A stretch of 64,000 nt of DNA from Candidatus Omnitrophica bacterium UBA6233 (GCA_002440965.1 DJWJ01000019.1:8119-72118), one strand, 5' to 3'. Counted from the first letter of the stretch, positions 29,605-38,788 are shown. Notes: generated by a model not told the origin, from the letters alone. Made by a program: numbers and translations.

Positions 29605-30816
29605 TTATGGCTTAAAAACCGGTTCTTGCTCAAGCTTAGAGCTTAAGGCAACCGTCAAGCCTAATACCGTCCAAAAAAGAAAACTTAACTGAAAAGAATA
29701 CAGGTGAACCTCAAAAAAACTATGGACTAAAAACCCCAATAACCCCGCAGTCAGGCCCAATAAAGCAAAACTACCCAGAGATCCGGGCGCGCTTAAACTT
29801 ATCCTGATACTCCTGTAGAAAATATAGCCCATAAACAGAAGAAAACACAATAAGGAAAAAACTCCCGATTCCGCCCAAATTTGAAGGAAACAATTATGCG
29901 CGTAAAAAATACCCGGGCTATTGGTATAGGAAGCGCAATAATCCATAAAAGTGCCGATACCCTTACCCAAAAAAGGGTGCTCCCTAATCATCCGGCCGGC
30001 GCCGCGGAAAAGAGTGAACCTGTAACTATCCCGCCTGTTCTGGAAGAAAAATAAAAGCAATCCCAATAACGGCACAAAAAAAAGATAGCAAACCAAAAAC
30101 AGGGGCCAAAATACTTTTTTTAGCCGGAGACGGTTAGTGACTAAAACTATAAGAATTAAACCGGAAACAACGCCTAACCACCCGCCCCGGGAAAGAGCCC
30201 AAAGAGAAGACAGGATAAGCATAATGGTAATCAGAAAAAGGCACAATCTTACAGCCGCTTTTTTCCATTTCCACAGGCTAAGGCTCAAGGCAAGGGGAAT
30301 AACGCAGGTCAAATAAGCTGCCAAGGCATTTGGATTTTTAAAAGGGCCTATGCTGGGCAACGAATGGCCCCATGAACCCCTTCCTCTTAAGAATTCAAAC
30401 CCAAAAAACTTTTGCGTAAAAACCGTAAGCCCTACCAGCGCCGCGCTAAACAAGAGGACATAAACCGCCTTAACAATGCGCTTGGTATCCTTAAACGTAT
30501 CGATAATTGCCCAAAGAAGCAAAGGAAACCTGCCCCATTTCAAGATAAGCACCTTTAAGCTTTTAGCCAATAATGGCCCGCTGTTAAACAGGGACAAACC
30601 CATAAAGACAAAAAATAACAGCAGGAATAAAAACAAAACTTTATTGGCCTTGATACTGGAAAAATCGGGGAATAAAATTTTTTTAAGCAAAAAGAAGGCA
30701 AGGACAAAACCGGCAAAAGAACCGATCATCGCTATAGAGATGGGGATAAAGAATATCAACCCGTAAACAGAATATTCCACCGCCGCGTCCAAAAATCTTA
30801 ATATTTTTAATTTCAT
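29605..30816 (-). CDS. O-antigen ligase/Wzy_C-family membrane protein (second paralog)
   Basis: 403 aa polytopic; WALSRGGWLGVVSGL loop motif. Confidence 0.5.
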   Translation of the reverse strand: MKLKILRFLDAAVEYSVYGLIFFIPISIAMIGSFAGFVLAFFLLKKILFPDFSSIKANKVLFLFLLLFFVFMGLSLFNSGPLLAKSLKVLILKWGRFPLLLWAIIDTFKDTKRIVKAVYVLLFSAALVGLTVFTQKFFGFEFLRGRGSWGHSLPSIGPFKNPNALAAYLTCVIPLALSLSLWKWKKAAVRLCLFLITIMLILSSLWALSRGGWLGVVSGLILIVLVTNRLRLKKVFWPLFLVCYLFFVPLLGLLLFFFQNRRDSYRFTLFRGAGRMIREHPFLGKGIGTFMDYCASYTNSPGIFYAHNCFLQIWAESGVFSLLCFLLFMGYIFYRSIRISLSAPGSLGSFALLGLTAGLLGFLVHSFFEVHLYSFQLSFLFWTVLGLTVALSSKLEQEPVFKP

Positions 30817-32639
30817 AGAGGTATTATTTCGCGCAATTTCTTAACCGTTGCCGCCCCGTCCATTACGCCTGCCGTTCTTTCCAGCTCCTTGATTTTGCGC
30901 CTTAAGACGCGCGGGTCAAAAGAATCCGACTGGGCAATATAAATCTTATCCGCCTTGGTAGCTTTGTCTTTTTCGCTATTTAACAAGGTCTCCTCAAAAA
31001 GCTTTTCTCCCGGGCGCAAGCCGATAAACTTTATCTTTATGTCTTCTTCGGGCTTTAAGCCATAAAGAGCAATCAACTCTTTGGCTAAATCCAATATCTT
31101 AATCTGCTCGCCCATATCCAAAATAAATATTTCTCCCGCTTTAGCCATAGCTCCGGCCTGCAAAACAAGCTGGCTGGCTTCATTAATGCTCATAAAATAC
31201 CTTTTGACTTCGGGATGAGTCAGGGTTACCGGGCCGCCTTCTTCGATTTGTTTCTTGAATAACGGAACAACGCTTCCGTCAGAACCCAAAACATTCCCAA
31301 ACCTAACCGCCATAAATTTAGTTTTGCTCATCCTAGCCTTAGACTGCAAAACCATCTCCGCTACCCTTTTAGTAATACCCATAACACTCTTGGGGTTTAC
31401 CGCCTTATCCGTAGAAATAAAGATAAACCTTTCCACTTTGTAATGATCCGAGGCATAAATAAGGTTCCGGCTTCCGATAATATTATTTTTTACCGCTGCC
31501 GCGGGATTCTCCTCCATAAGAGGAACATGCTTATGGGCTGCCGCGTGGAATACAACTTGCGGCTTGTAAAGCGAAAACACCTTCTTTAACAAACCAATGT
31601 CTCTGATATCCCCAATGATGGTCTTAAACTTAATCTTCGGGTATTTTGTCAGAAATTCAATACCCAAATAATAGACATTGTTCTCATTGTGGTCGAATAA
31701 CAAGATTTCCCTAGGGCTAAAATTCATTATCTGCCTGCAAAGAGACGAACCGATTGAGCCGCCAGCGCCGGTAACTAAAACCACTTTATCAAATAAATAA
31801 TCCTTAATCTCTTTTTCATCGATATTTACCGTTTCTCTGCCCAAAAGGTCTTCCGGTTTAATATCCCGGGGCTTAACTTCCAAATCGCCATTAAGTATCT
31901 TTTGCAAACCCGGGACTATCCGGATTTTCACAGAAGGTATCTGGCAACGCGAAATGATATTCCTGATTACTTCGCCTTTGGCAGAAGGAATGGCTATGAT
32001 GATTTCGTCAATTCCGTATTTTTCGACAATCGAAGCGATATCGTTACAGGCTCCCAAAATACCCACGCCTTGAATACGCAAATTCTTTTTGTTCCTATCA
32101 TCGTCAATAAAACCGATAATCTCCATATTTGTGTTGGGATTAATCCTGGCCTCTCTTAACACCATTACACCGGCTTCTCCCGCCCCGATAATGATAGCCC
32201 TCTTCCGTTTGCTTTCCAGAACAGGACGGAACTTTTCCCGGAATAACCGCGTAACGAAACGGATCCCGGCGACAAAACAAAAACTTATGACACCATCCAA
32301 GATAAAGACCGAGCGCGGGAAACCATTAAAATAAGGGATGAAAACAACCACGGCGGTAAAACAGAATATGGCTAGAATATGCGCTTTGATTATTCTCCAG
32401 ATATCATCTATACTGGCGTATCTCCATAAACCGGAATAAAGGCCAAAATACCCGAAAATAATCATTTTGATAGCGGCAAAAACCGGGAGGGTTTTGATAA
32501 TTACCTGCCAAGAGCTGTTGTCAATTTTAAAATCCAACCGCAGGTAAAAAGCGAGGATATAGGCGCAAATCACCAAGGCCAAATGAATGGTTATGATAAT
32601 CAGGCGCCGGGATTTAAAGATTAATTCCTTTAGGTTCAT
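30813..32639 (-). CDS. Membrane-anchored NDP-sugar 4,6-dehydratase (CapD/WbpM/PglF family)
   Basis: 608 aa; 4 N-terminal TM helices, two Rossmann domains (AIIIGAGEAG; VLVTGAGGSIGSSL), YxxxK region. Confidence 0.8.
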   Translation of the reverse strand: MNLKELIFKSRRLIIITIHLALVICAYILAFYLRLDFKIDNSSWQVIIKTLPVFAAIKMIIFGYFGLYSGLWRYASIDDIWRIIKAHILAIFCFTAVVVFIPYFNGFPRSVFILDGVISFCFVAGIRFVTRLFREKFRPVLESKRKRAIIIGAGEAGVMVLREARINPNTNMEIIGFIDDDRNKKNLRIQGVGILGACNDIASIVEKYGIDEIIIAIPSAKGEVIRNIISRCQIPSVKIRIVPGLQKILNGDLEVKPRDIKPEDLLGRETVNIDEKEIKDYLFDKVVLVTGAGGSIGSSLCRQIMNFSPREILLFDHNENNVYYLGIEFLTKYPKIKFKTIIGDIRDIGLLKKVFSLYKPQVVFHAAAHKHVPLMEENPAAAVKNNIIGSRNLIYASDHYKVERFIFISTDKAVNPKSVMGITKRVAEMVLQSKARMSKTKFMAVRFGNVLGSDGSVVPLFKKQIEEGGPVTLTHPEVKRYFMSINEASQLVLQAGAMAKAGEIFILDMGEQIKILDLAKELIALYGLKPEEDIKIKFIGLRPGEKLFEETLLNSEKDKATKADKIYIAQSDSFDPRVLRRKIKELERTAGVMDGAATVKKLREIIPL

Positions 32640-33005
32640 AACCAGATATTATATATCAAAATACAGCTTTAGCAATTAGTTATGCGATTTTTTTACATTG
32701 TCATTATGGTTGGCACAGGGCCAATTAGGTTATAATGAGCTTAAAAAACAAAGTGGATTTATATGTCAAGGCTATTTAAGAAATGCAATGACCGCGATAT
32801 TTTTTAAGTACAATAGCACCAAACATCTCGGACTAGGCTCTTTTATAATGGCTTCTATATAAGGCAATTTAGGCGATAATTTTTAAAGTATAGTCGCAAT
32901 AAATTGGCATTATATAGGAATTGAGGCTTTTGCAGAAACAGATAAAGCACGCGTCTACCGTAAAAGAGATAATATGCGGTATGTTGTTAGGAAATTTTGC
33001 TGTAG

Positions 33006-33533
33006 TTAATTCAGGGGGGTTTTTATCTTTAGCGTTTTCTCAATATCTTTTAAAAGAAGATACAGGTGGAATTGGTCAATTGGTGAGCGCTCAAAACCAA
33101 AATGCTCATAAAAAGATCTGGCTGGTTCATCTTTGGCATGCACTACAATAGCTCTTCCACCGATGCTATCGGCTGCATAGGTAACCCGCAGCAAAGCCTC
33201 TCGCAACAAAGCCTTTCCTATGCCGACGCCTTGTTCGGTTTTATCAACAGCAAGCCGCGCGAGAATGATAACTGGAATAGGGTAATCAGCCAGCCCTTTT
33301 CCTACGCGTAGAGGGGCCTCCTGCTTGCCTACAGAACCAATGGTTAGCGTATAATATCCTACGACTTTATTATTTCTGATTGTTACGTATGTTTTTGAGG
33401 AACCATTTTGGTTATTAATAATTGCGTATTTTTTAAGATACGAATTGAGGGCTTCGTTACGGCAGTCAAATTCACTAATGGAATGTGATCTTTGGAGTAA
33501 AGTGGGAGTGCTTAAAGAAAGCTTCCTACTCAT
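33006..33533 (-). CDS. GNAT-family acetyltransferase toxin (TacT/AtaT/KacT-like, partner of DUF1778 antitoxin)
   Basis: 175 aa; LARLAVDKTEQGVGIGKALL acetyl-CoA motif; 8-nt overlap with upstream antitoxin. Confidence 0.7.
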   Translation of the reverse strand: MSRKLSLSTPTLLQRSHSISEFDCRNEALNSYLKKYAIINNQNGSSKTYVTIRNNKVVGYYTLTIGSVGKQEAPLRVGKGLADYPIPVIILARLAVDKTEQGVGIGKALLREALLRVTYAADSIGGRAIVVHAKDEPARSFYEHFGFERSPIDQFHLYLLLKDIEKTLKIKTPLN

Positions 33534-33801
33534 TAAAAATATCCGGCCCCTTAAAGAGGTTTTTTAGCTTTGGAATTTCGCGAGCCGGACTATCCAATGC
33601 CTCGCAGAAAGCCTTCCACTGTGGTTCAGGCAGTTGGAAATTGTTCCTATCAGCCATTAATTCTTCCGCTTCTTTCATTGCGCTTTCAAGAATAAATGCA
33701 GATAGCTTTTTTTGGCGTAGCGAAGCCACATACATAAGGAATCTTTTTTTCCTGCTGTCGATACGGAAGTCAATCCGTGTATTTTTCTGTATTGTTGCCA
33801 T
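33526..33801 (-). CDS. DUF1778/TacA-family antitoxin (RHH-like)
   Basis: Start at Met16 of track ORF (MATIQKNTRIDFRIDSRKKRFL...): ATG 33799-33801 preceded by AAGGAGGT RBS. Confidence 0.65.
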   Translation of the reverse strand: MATIQKNTRIDFRIDSRKKRFLMYVASLRQKKLSAFILESAMKEAEELMADRNNFQLPEPQWKAFCEALDSPAREIPKLKNLFKGPDIFNE

Positions 33802-33827
33802 ATTTCTTACCTCCTTTACCCAATAAA

Positions 33828-33855
33828 AATATAACATATTGTACACACATTGTCA
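33828..33855 (-). promoter_or_regulatory. Sigma70-type promoter of GNAT TA operon with TGTGTACA palindrome (putative autoregulatory operator)
   Basis: On minus strand TTGACA-16 nt-TATATT, ~30 nt upstream of antitoxin ATG. Confidence 0.5.
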
Positions 33856-33882
33856 ACACAAAGTTTTTACATTGCGATTTTT

Positions 33883-34446
33883 TTAATGCCGGACGCCTTC
33901 TTTGCGGATAACTTTTATTGCGGTCAAGAAAAGAATACGGAGATCGAAGGCAAAGGAGAGATGATTTAGATAATATTCATCGAAGGAAACCTTTACGGGA
34001 ATCGGCAGGTCATCCCTGCCGTTGACCTGGGCCCAACCGGTGATACCGGGAGTAAGCTTATAGACCCCATTATCCGTCCTTAAGGCGACAAGGTCATCCT
34101 GATTAAACAAAGCCGGGCGCGGCCCGACAAAACTCATATCTCCCTTTAAAATATTGAACAACTGCGGAAGTTCATCGAGGCTGGATTTACGCAAAAACCC
34201 GGAGCCGGGAATCAAATACTTTTCAGGATTTTCCATCAAATGCGTGGCTACCTGGGGCGTATTTAATTTCATTGTCCTGAACTTAGCCATTTTAAAAATG
34301 GTATTGTTTGCGCCAACGCGATCCGTCCAAAAAATAGCCGGCCCCTTAGACATTAGCTTAATGAATAAGGCGATAACTAACATCGGAACGCTCAATAGAA
34401 TTATTAATGCTAAAGCCAAGATTAAATCAAAAATTCGTTTCATCAT
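33883..34446 (-). CDS. Initiating undecaprenyl-phosphate sugar phosphotransferase, small type (PglC/WbaP-C-terminal family)
   Basis: MKRIFDLILALALIILL... single TM then FRTM...DELPQLFNILKGDMSFVGPRP catalytic motif. Confidence 0.8.
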   Translation of the reverse strand: MMKRIFDLILALALIILLSVPMLVIALFIKLMSKGPAIFWTDRVGANNTIFKMAKFRTMKLNTPQVATHLMENPEKYLIPGSGFLRKSSLDELPQLFNILKGDMSFVGPRPALFNQDDLVALRTDNGVYKLTPGITGWAQVNGRDDLPIPVKVSFDEYYLNHLSFAFDLRILFLTAIKVIRKEGVRH

Positions 34447-34481
34447 ATCACTAATACATTCCAAGATATTAGCTACGCTGT

Positions 34482-35297
34482 CTATCTTACTTTAATTCTT
34501 TTAGTTTGCCCTAAGAAATTGTCTCTTGAAACAATAGGCCTTCTTATCCTTTTTTCCAACTGTTTTCTGGCATTACCGGCGATATCTCCTCCTGCTTTGG
34601 CATCGGATTTAAGCTTCGGCACGCCTTGCGAATCTTCAACGCGATGGATTTCGGTAGTTGATCTTTCTCCAAGCATTGTAAAAATAAGCTCAAAATCGTC
34701 CATATGGTCGCGTAGATTTTCACGTTTTAACCGTTTTATCTTTTTATACTGGCTAGGCGTAATTCCAAAAGTGGCTTTAGAGATTTCTGCCGTTAAAATT
34801 TCATAATCCTTTTGTTCTTGCGCCCCGCGTTTCTGCCATTCATCCGTAAGTTCTTCCCGAATGGCAATGCCCCGTATCCGTTTTTCAATCCAGCTATCGG
34901 GATATCCTTTGAGCTTATAGAGCATCCTTGTTCGCTTGGTTGCCAATTCCGGGTCTTCTATCTCTTTAATACGTTCATAACCAACTTTAGCCAACCACCG
35001 CTTAAATGGCTCGGCTTTAGGAGATGGAATTGACTGAACAATACGAAAAATGCCTTCGGTATTGGCGCAATTCAGCTTTTGAGGCCCTCCTGCCGTCTTA
35101 ATCAAAAGGGGGGTGGCAAATTGCCCCCACCCTTTGGACAACTCCGGATCCCTTCTACGCATATCCTTTATGTACCCATCAGGCTGCACCGAATCCGTAA
35201 GTACCGCCACTACATCATTAATCACAAACCACCATTCATTATTATGAATGGTTTTACGCACCTTTTGCCCCTTAAATACTGCTATTTTTGTTTCCAT
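34482..35297 (-). CDS. Bro-N domain protein (phage antirepressor/DinD-like)
   Basis: 271 aa; N-terminal IAVFKGQKVRKTIHNNEWWFVINDVVAVL resembles Bro-N/DinD family. Confidence 0.55.
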   Translation of the reverse strand: METKIAVFKGQKVRKTIHNNEWWFVINDVVAVLTDSVQPDGYIKDMRRRDPELSKGWGQFATPLLIKTAGGPQKLNCANTEGIFRIVQSIPSPKAEPFKRWLAKVGYERIKEIEDPELATKRTRMLYKLKGYPDSWIEKRIRGIAIREELTDEWQKRGAQEQKDYEILTAEISKATFGITPSQYKKIKRLKRENLRDHMDDFELIFTMLGERSTTEIHRVEDSQGVPKLKSDAKAGGDIAGNARKQLEKRIRRPIVSRDNFLGQTKRIKVR

Positions 35298-35413
35298 ATC
35301 GCCCTTCTCCTTTCTCGCGTTATTATTATTTACCCTCTACTATAATTGACGCAAGAAAAGGCCAAATCTAACATTTATTTCTCAATACTAAACCCCTTTA
35401 ACCATCCCCTGAT

Positions 35414-35462
35414 CCCATCCTTGCAGGGTGAAGGGCGGGGGGAGCAGCCAAACAGCTTACCT
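35414..35462. repeat. Copy A of recurring GC-rich intergenic motif (CCATCCTTGCAGGGTGAAGGGCGGGG + AGCCAAACAGCTTACC tail)
   Basis: Direct comparison with copies B-D. Confidence 0.7.
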
Positions 35463-36634
35463 TATAATATCTTTCCCGACCATAGTTGCTGCAAAAAAAT
35501 CTCCCATGGTGATATTTCTATTTTACCGTGCAGCCTTTTCTCCTTTTCATTACAGACTACTATGCTTTTTTTTGGAGAACACGATTGGATAAAAGCCTCT
35601 AGCCCATTCATATCTTTTCCGTCAATCCGAGCAGATCCTTTTACCTCTATAGCAACCTCCCCCTGGCCCAGGACAAAATCAACCTCAAGCCCCGACTTGG
35701 TCCTCCAGAAATTTATCGCAAAGTCCTTACCCGCGTAAGATCTATAAGCAATCATCTCCATAAGCAAGAAATGTTCGAACGCCTTACCAAATTCCGCTCC
35801 TTTTTGTTCGGCTAAATGCCTCTTTGTCAGGTAACCGGCGACACCAACATCAAACATATAATATTTCGAGGCTTTTGTTATAACCTGCCGGGATTGCCTT
35901 TTCTTAAAAGGCTCTACCCTTACAGCCAACAGCGTATCTATAAGTATCTGGTAATACTCTTTGACCGTCTTGGAATCGACACCGCATTCGCGGGCAATAT
36001 TACAATAATTCGTTATCTCGCCATGCGAGTAGCCGAAAGCGTCAAAAAATCTTGAAAACGCGGGAATATTACGTGTCAGGCCTTCAGCAAAAACCTCTTC
36101 ACGTAAATAATCCTGCACATAAGCCTCTAAAGATTTTTTACAATCTATGCCGCTTTGCAAATAATGAAACGGAATCAGGCCATGATTTAAAGCGCGCAAC
36201 AAATCAAATTTTGTAATCTCCCGGCTGACAAGCGGAAAAAGCTCATAACGCCATGCCCTGCCTCCCAGCAGATTCGCGTGGCCTTTTTTTAATTTTCTTG
36301 CGCTTGAACCGCAAAGCACAAAACTCAAACCCTTATTTTCTATCAACCAGTGCACTTCGTCGAGCACTTGCGGAACTTTTTGCACTTCATCGAGTATTAC
36401 CGGTTCTTTAAGCACAACCTCGTCTTTTGCGAGTAACTGTTCGCGCAAAAGCGAGGGATTTTTTGATATTTCAAAAAATAAATCCGTTTTTAGAAAATCA
36501 TACACCACGCTATTGGGAAATCTTTCTTTCAGATATGTGGATTTGCCTGTCTTTCTGGCTCCCCATAAAAACGCGGATTGGCGATGCGGAAGCCGCATAA
36601 CCAGTTTTCTTGGGATATTTTTCATTTGTATCAT
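35462..36634 (-). CDS. COG1373-type AAA+ ATPase (AAA_14 + DUF4143)
   Basis: 390 aa; Walker A GARKTGKST, Walker B ILDEVQ. Confidence 0.65.
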   Translation of the reverse strand: MIQMKNIPRKLVMRLPHRQSAFLWGARKTGKSTYLKERFPNSVVYDFLKTDLFFEISKNPSLLREQLLAKDEVVLKEPVILDEVQKVPQVLDEVHWLIENKGLSFVLCGSSARKLKKGHANLLGGRAWRYELFPLVSREITKFDLLRALNHGLIPFHYLQSGIDCKKSLEAYVQDYLREEVFAEGLTRNIPAFSRFFDAFGYSHGEITNYCNIARECGVDSKTVKEYYQILIDTLLAVRVEPFKKRQSRQVITKASKYYMFDVGVAGYLTKRHLAEQKGAEFGKAFEHFLLMEMIAYRSYAGKDFAINFWRTKSGLEVDFVLGQGEVAIEVKGSARIDGKDMNGLEAFIQSCSPKKSIVVCNEKEKRLHGKIEISPWEIFLQQLWSGKIL

Positions 36635-36660
36635 CCTCCGGATTAGTATTACTAATTAGG

Positions 36661-36689
36661 AGTATATACCATTTTAGTTAGAGCGTCAA
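36661..36689 (-). promoter_or_regulatory. Near-consensus sigma70 promoter for ATPase gene 35462..36634
   Basis: Minus strand TTGACG-17 nt-TATACT (contains palindrome GTATATAC), 27 nt upstream of ATG. Confidence 0.5.
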
Positions 36690-36696
36690 GGCTTTT

Positions 36697-36750
36697 CCCC
36701 CATCTTGCAGAGTCAAGGGCGGGGTAAGAGCCTTTCTTTAACCTTACCTA
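36697..36750. repeat. Copy B of recurring GC-rich motif (CCCCATCTTGCAGAGTCAAGGGCGGGG + ...AACCTTACC)
   Basis: Alignment to copies A, C, D. Confidence 0.7.
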
Positions 36751-37934
36751 TTGAGGAGTCCGGCAAGAAATAGCGGCCGCTTTATACCAACCATATTATA
36801 GCCATCAGCAAAGATAATTTTTGTTTTGATACCCATACCCTTGAACTGGCTTCTCCCCTTGCCCTTACCGCCAACTTCAAAGACGATATCTTGCGAATCA
36901 CGAATAAGATAATCCGGCGTTTTTGCCCCGCGCATAGACTTAAGATAAAAAACTTCTTTGCCTAAGGCCCTAAACGCTTCCACAAAAAAATCCTCCCGCA
37001 AGCCACCGATAGCCTCATCAAACGGTTTATACAAAAGACGATACGGCAAAGCCATGACAACCTTAGGCTCCTTCATCACATTGCTCCCCATTGGGAAAAT
37101 CCGATGCAAAACAAAAGCCCGTTCCAAAAGCGTAATATACTGTTCAGCTTTATACTTGGTAATATGAACATTCTGTGACACCGAGGAATAGTTGATTCCG
37201 TCAACCCCTGAGCGCCCAATAAAACGGACAAGCTGTTCTATCTTTTCCAGCTCACCGGTCAGGAGCCTGGCGATATGAGGGATATCTTTACGAATAATCG
37301 TTTTGAGGATGTTTTCTAAAAGCGCCAGGGGCTGCGGTTCCCGCAAAGCGAATGGCATAAGGCCACCCTGGATATACGATAAAAAATGTTCTCCCGCCCT
37401 AAAAACATCCGCGGGGATCTTTCCCTCAACAATATTCTGGATGGTTAAGACGGTAAACTCCTGCCCATATTTGAATTTCGCGTACTCCCGCAACGAAAAA
37501 GGATAAAGGGTTTTGAGCAGGACACGCCGCGATAAATCGTAACCCGATTCATACATCCCTAATGCCGTAGAACTGGTGAAGATCACCCTGATGTCAAAAA
37601 CATCGTAGAGTTTCTTGAGGTCGGCTTCAAAACGGGGATAAACATGCACTTCATCCAACAAAAACAACCTTATCCGCATCGTTTCATGCAAAGCCTTAAC
37701 GAGATCAAAAAGATCACCCTCCATAGCATCCAGGGATACATAAAAAGACCCTTCATTTGCCAGGGCCAGTTGTTTAAGCATGATCGTCTTGCCTGCTCCG
37801 CGCGGCCCAACGATTCCAATAAAATGAGCTCCGGCATCCCGAGTAATGTCGTCATAAAGCTCACGCTTTTTATCGTATTTCTGTCCATCTTTCTTGGCCA
37901 GACGGTCAAATTCAAGCAATTGATTGATATTCAT
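36744..37934 (-). CDS. COG1373-type AAA+ ATPase (AAA_14 + DUF4143), divergent paralog
   Basis: 396 aa; Walker A GPRGAGKT, Walker B LLDEVH. Confidence 0.55.
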   Translation of the reverse strand: MNINQLLEFDRLAKKDGQKYDKKRELYDDITRDAGAHFIGIVGPRGAGKTIMLKQLALANEGSFYVSLDAMEGDLFDLVKALHETMRIRLFLLDEVHVYPRFEADLKKLYDVFDIRVIFTSSTALGMYESGYDLSRRVLLKTLYPFSLREYAKFKYGQEFTVLTIQNIVEGKIPADVFRAGEHFLSYIQGGLMPFALREPQPLALLENILKTIIRKDIPHIARLLTGELEKIEQLVRFIGRSGVDGINYSSVSQNVHITKYKAEQYITLLERAFVLHRIFPMGSNVMKEPKVVMALPYRLLYKPFDEAIGGLREDFFVEAFRALGKEVFYLKSMRGAKTPDYLIRDSQDIVFEVGGKGKGRSQFKGMGIKTKIIFADGYNMVGIKRPLFLAGLLNR

Positions 37935-37969
37935 CTTATCTTTCTATTTTACTGTTACAAGTATATCAC

Positions 37970-37997
37970 AAATATACATTCTGTCAAATTGTTTTAT
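37970..37997 (-). promoter_or_regulatory. Near-consensus sigma70 promoter with GTATAT-N5-ATATAC palindrome for ATPase gene 36744..37934
   Basis: Minus strand TTGACA-16 nt-TATACT; palindrome GTATATCACAAATATAC overlaps spacer/-10; near-identical module at 39034-39062. Confidence 0.5.
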
Positions 37998-38083
37998 GGA
38001 ATGCTTATCATTACAGATAATTCCTATCGCTAATGCAGCTAATTTTTATTTTACGCTTTCATGCCCCCTAGCCATCTCCCTAA

Positions 38084-38130
38084 TCCCCTCTTGCAGGATG
38101 AAGGGCGGGGGACAGCCAAGAAAACGCTAT
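38084..38130. repeat. Copy C of recurring GC-rich motif (CCCTCTTGCAGGATGAAGGGCGGGGG + ACAGCCAAG)
   Basis: Alignment to copies A, B, D. Confidence 0.7.
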
Positions 38131-38133
38131 CTG

Positions 38134-38493
38134 TTATTCCGCTAATTCTTTTTCTTTTAATATTTTGTAATTTGTTTTAAAGTAGGTATTGAATATTACC
38201 CGGAAACTATTGTAGGGAGATATCGCAGGCCAGACAACTTCGCAACTTTTACCCGGCAGGTAATAAGCATTAAGGATGGATAATTTGGTGTTTTCGCTAT
38301 ATTTACCACGCCTATATCCATGGTCGCCTTGAAGAACAATAATCGGTTTTTTTACAGATTTAAGAAGAATCTCGTCAATAACTTCTAATATCAGCTTATT
38401 AGTTCCTAACACCTGTTCTATATAAGCGGAACTATCCATCATCCCCTTTCGTTTCCACAAAGGTATAACATTGGCATCCCGGTCAAAAATCAA
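38134..38493 (-). pseudogene. C-terminal remnant of an alkaline-phosphatase-superfamily sulfatase/phosphoethanolamine- or phosphoglycerol-transferase
   Basis: 119-aa ORF containing IIVLQGDHGYRRG, which matches the conserved C-terminal metal-site motif (xxGDHG) of sulfatase/LtaS/EptA enzymes; N-terminal ~400 aa catalytic and membrane parts absent. Confidence 0.4.
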
Positions 38494-38515
38494 TGGTTCA
38501 TGAGGAGTATACTGC

Positions 38516-38788
38516 CTAATTTATGTTTCTATATACCGAGGCTCGAGAGGCAATCAAAGTAACAAAAACTTTATTCTTCTCTTTGTCAATCCCGTAAATC
38601 GCGCGGTAATCACCTACCCGGTATCTATAACGCCTCTTCTCACCCTTTAGCACCTTTATATTCGGGCCCCAGAAAGGATTACTTTCAAGCTCCTCAAAAC
38701 ACTTATTTAACCTTTTTGCCAGCTCTTCCGGGCAAGACTTATAGGACTTAAGCGCAGCCGGCATCAAAAGGACTTCAAAATTACCCAC
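38516..38788 (-). CDS. RelE/ParE-family type II toxin
   Basis: 90 aa; RYRVGDYRAIYGIDKEKNKVFVTLI typical RelE/ParE fold signature; overlaps antitoxin by 8 nt. Confidence 0.6.
   Translation of the reverse strand: MGNFEVLLMPAALKSYKSCPEELAKRLNKCFEELESNPFWGPNIKVLKGEKRRYRYRVGDYRAIYGIDKEKNKVFVTLIASRASVYRNIN

Noticed and set aside
32640-33005. 366-bp AT-rich gap considered as possible tRNA/ncRNA or att site
   Set aside because: No cloverleaf-compatible arms or conserved tRNA boxes were seen. It is best explained as the promoter/leader of the PglF/CapD-like gene plus the island boundary.
32921-33151. 76-aa plus-strand ORF in the CapD upstream gap
   Set aside because: Its 3' half overlaps the GNAT toxin on the opposite strand. 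It is the only plus-strand candidate in 64 kb and has no RBS or promoter, so it is probably spurious.
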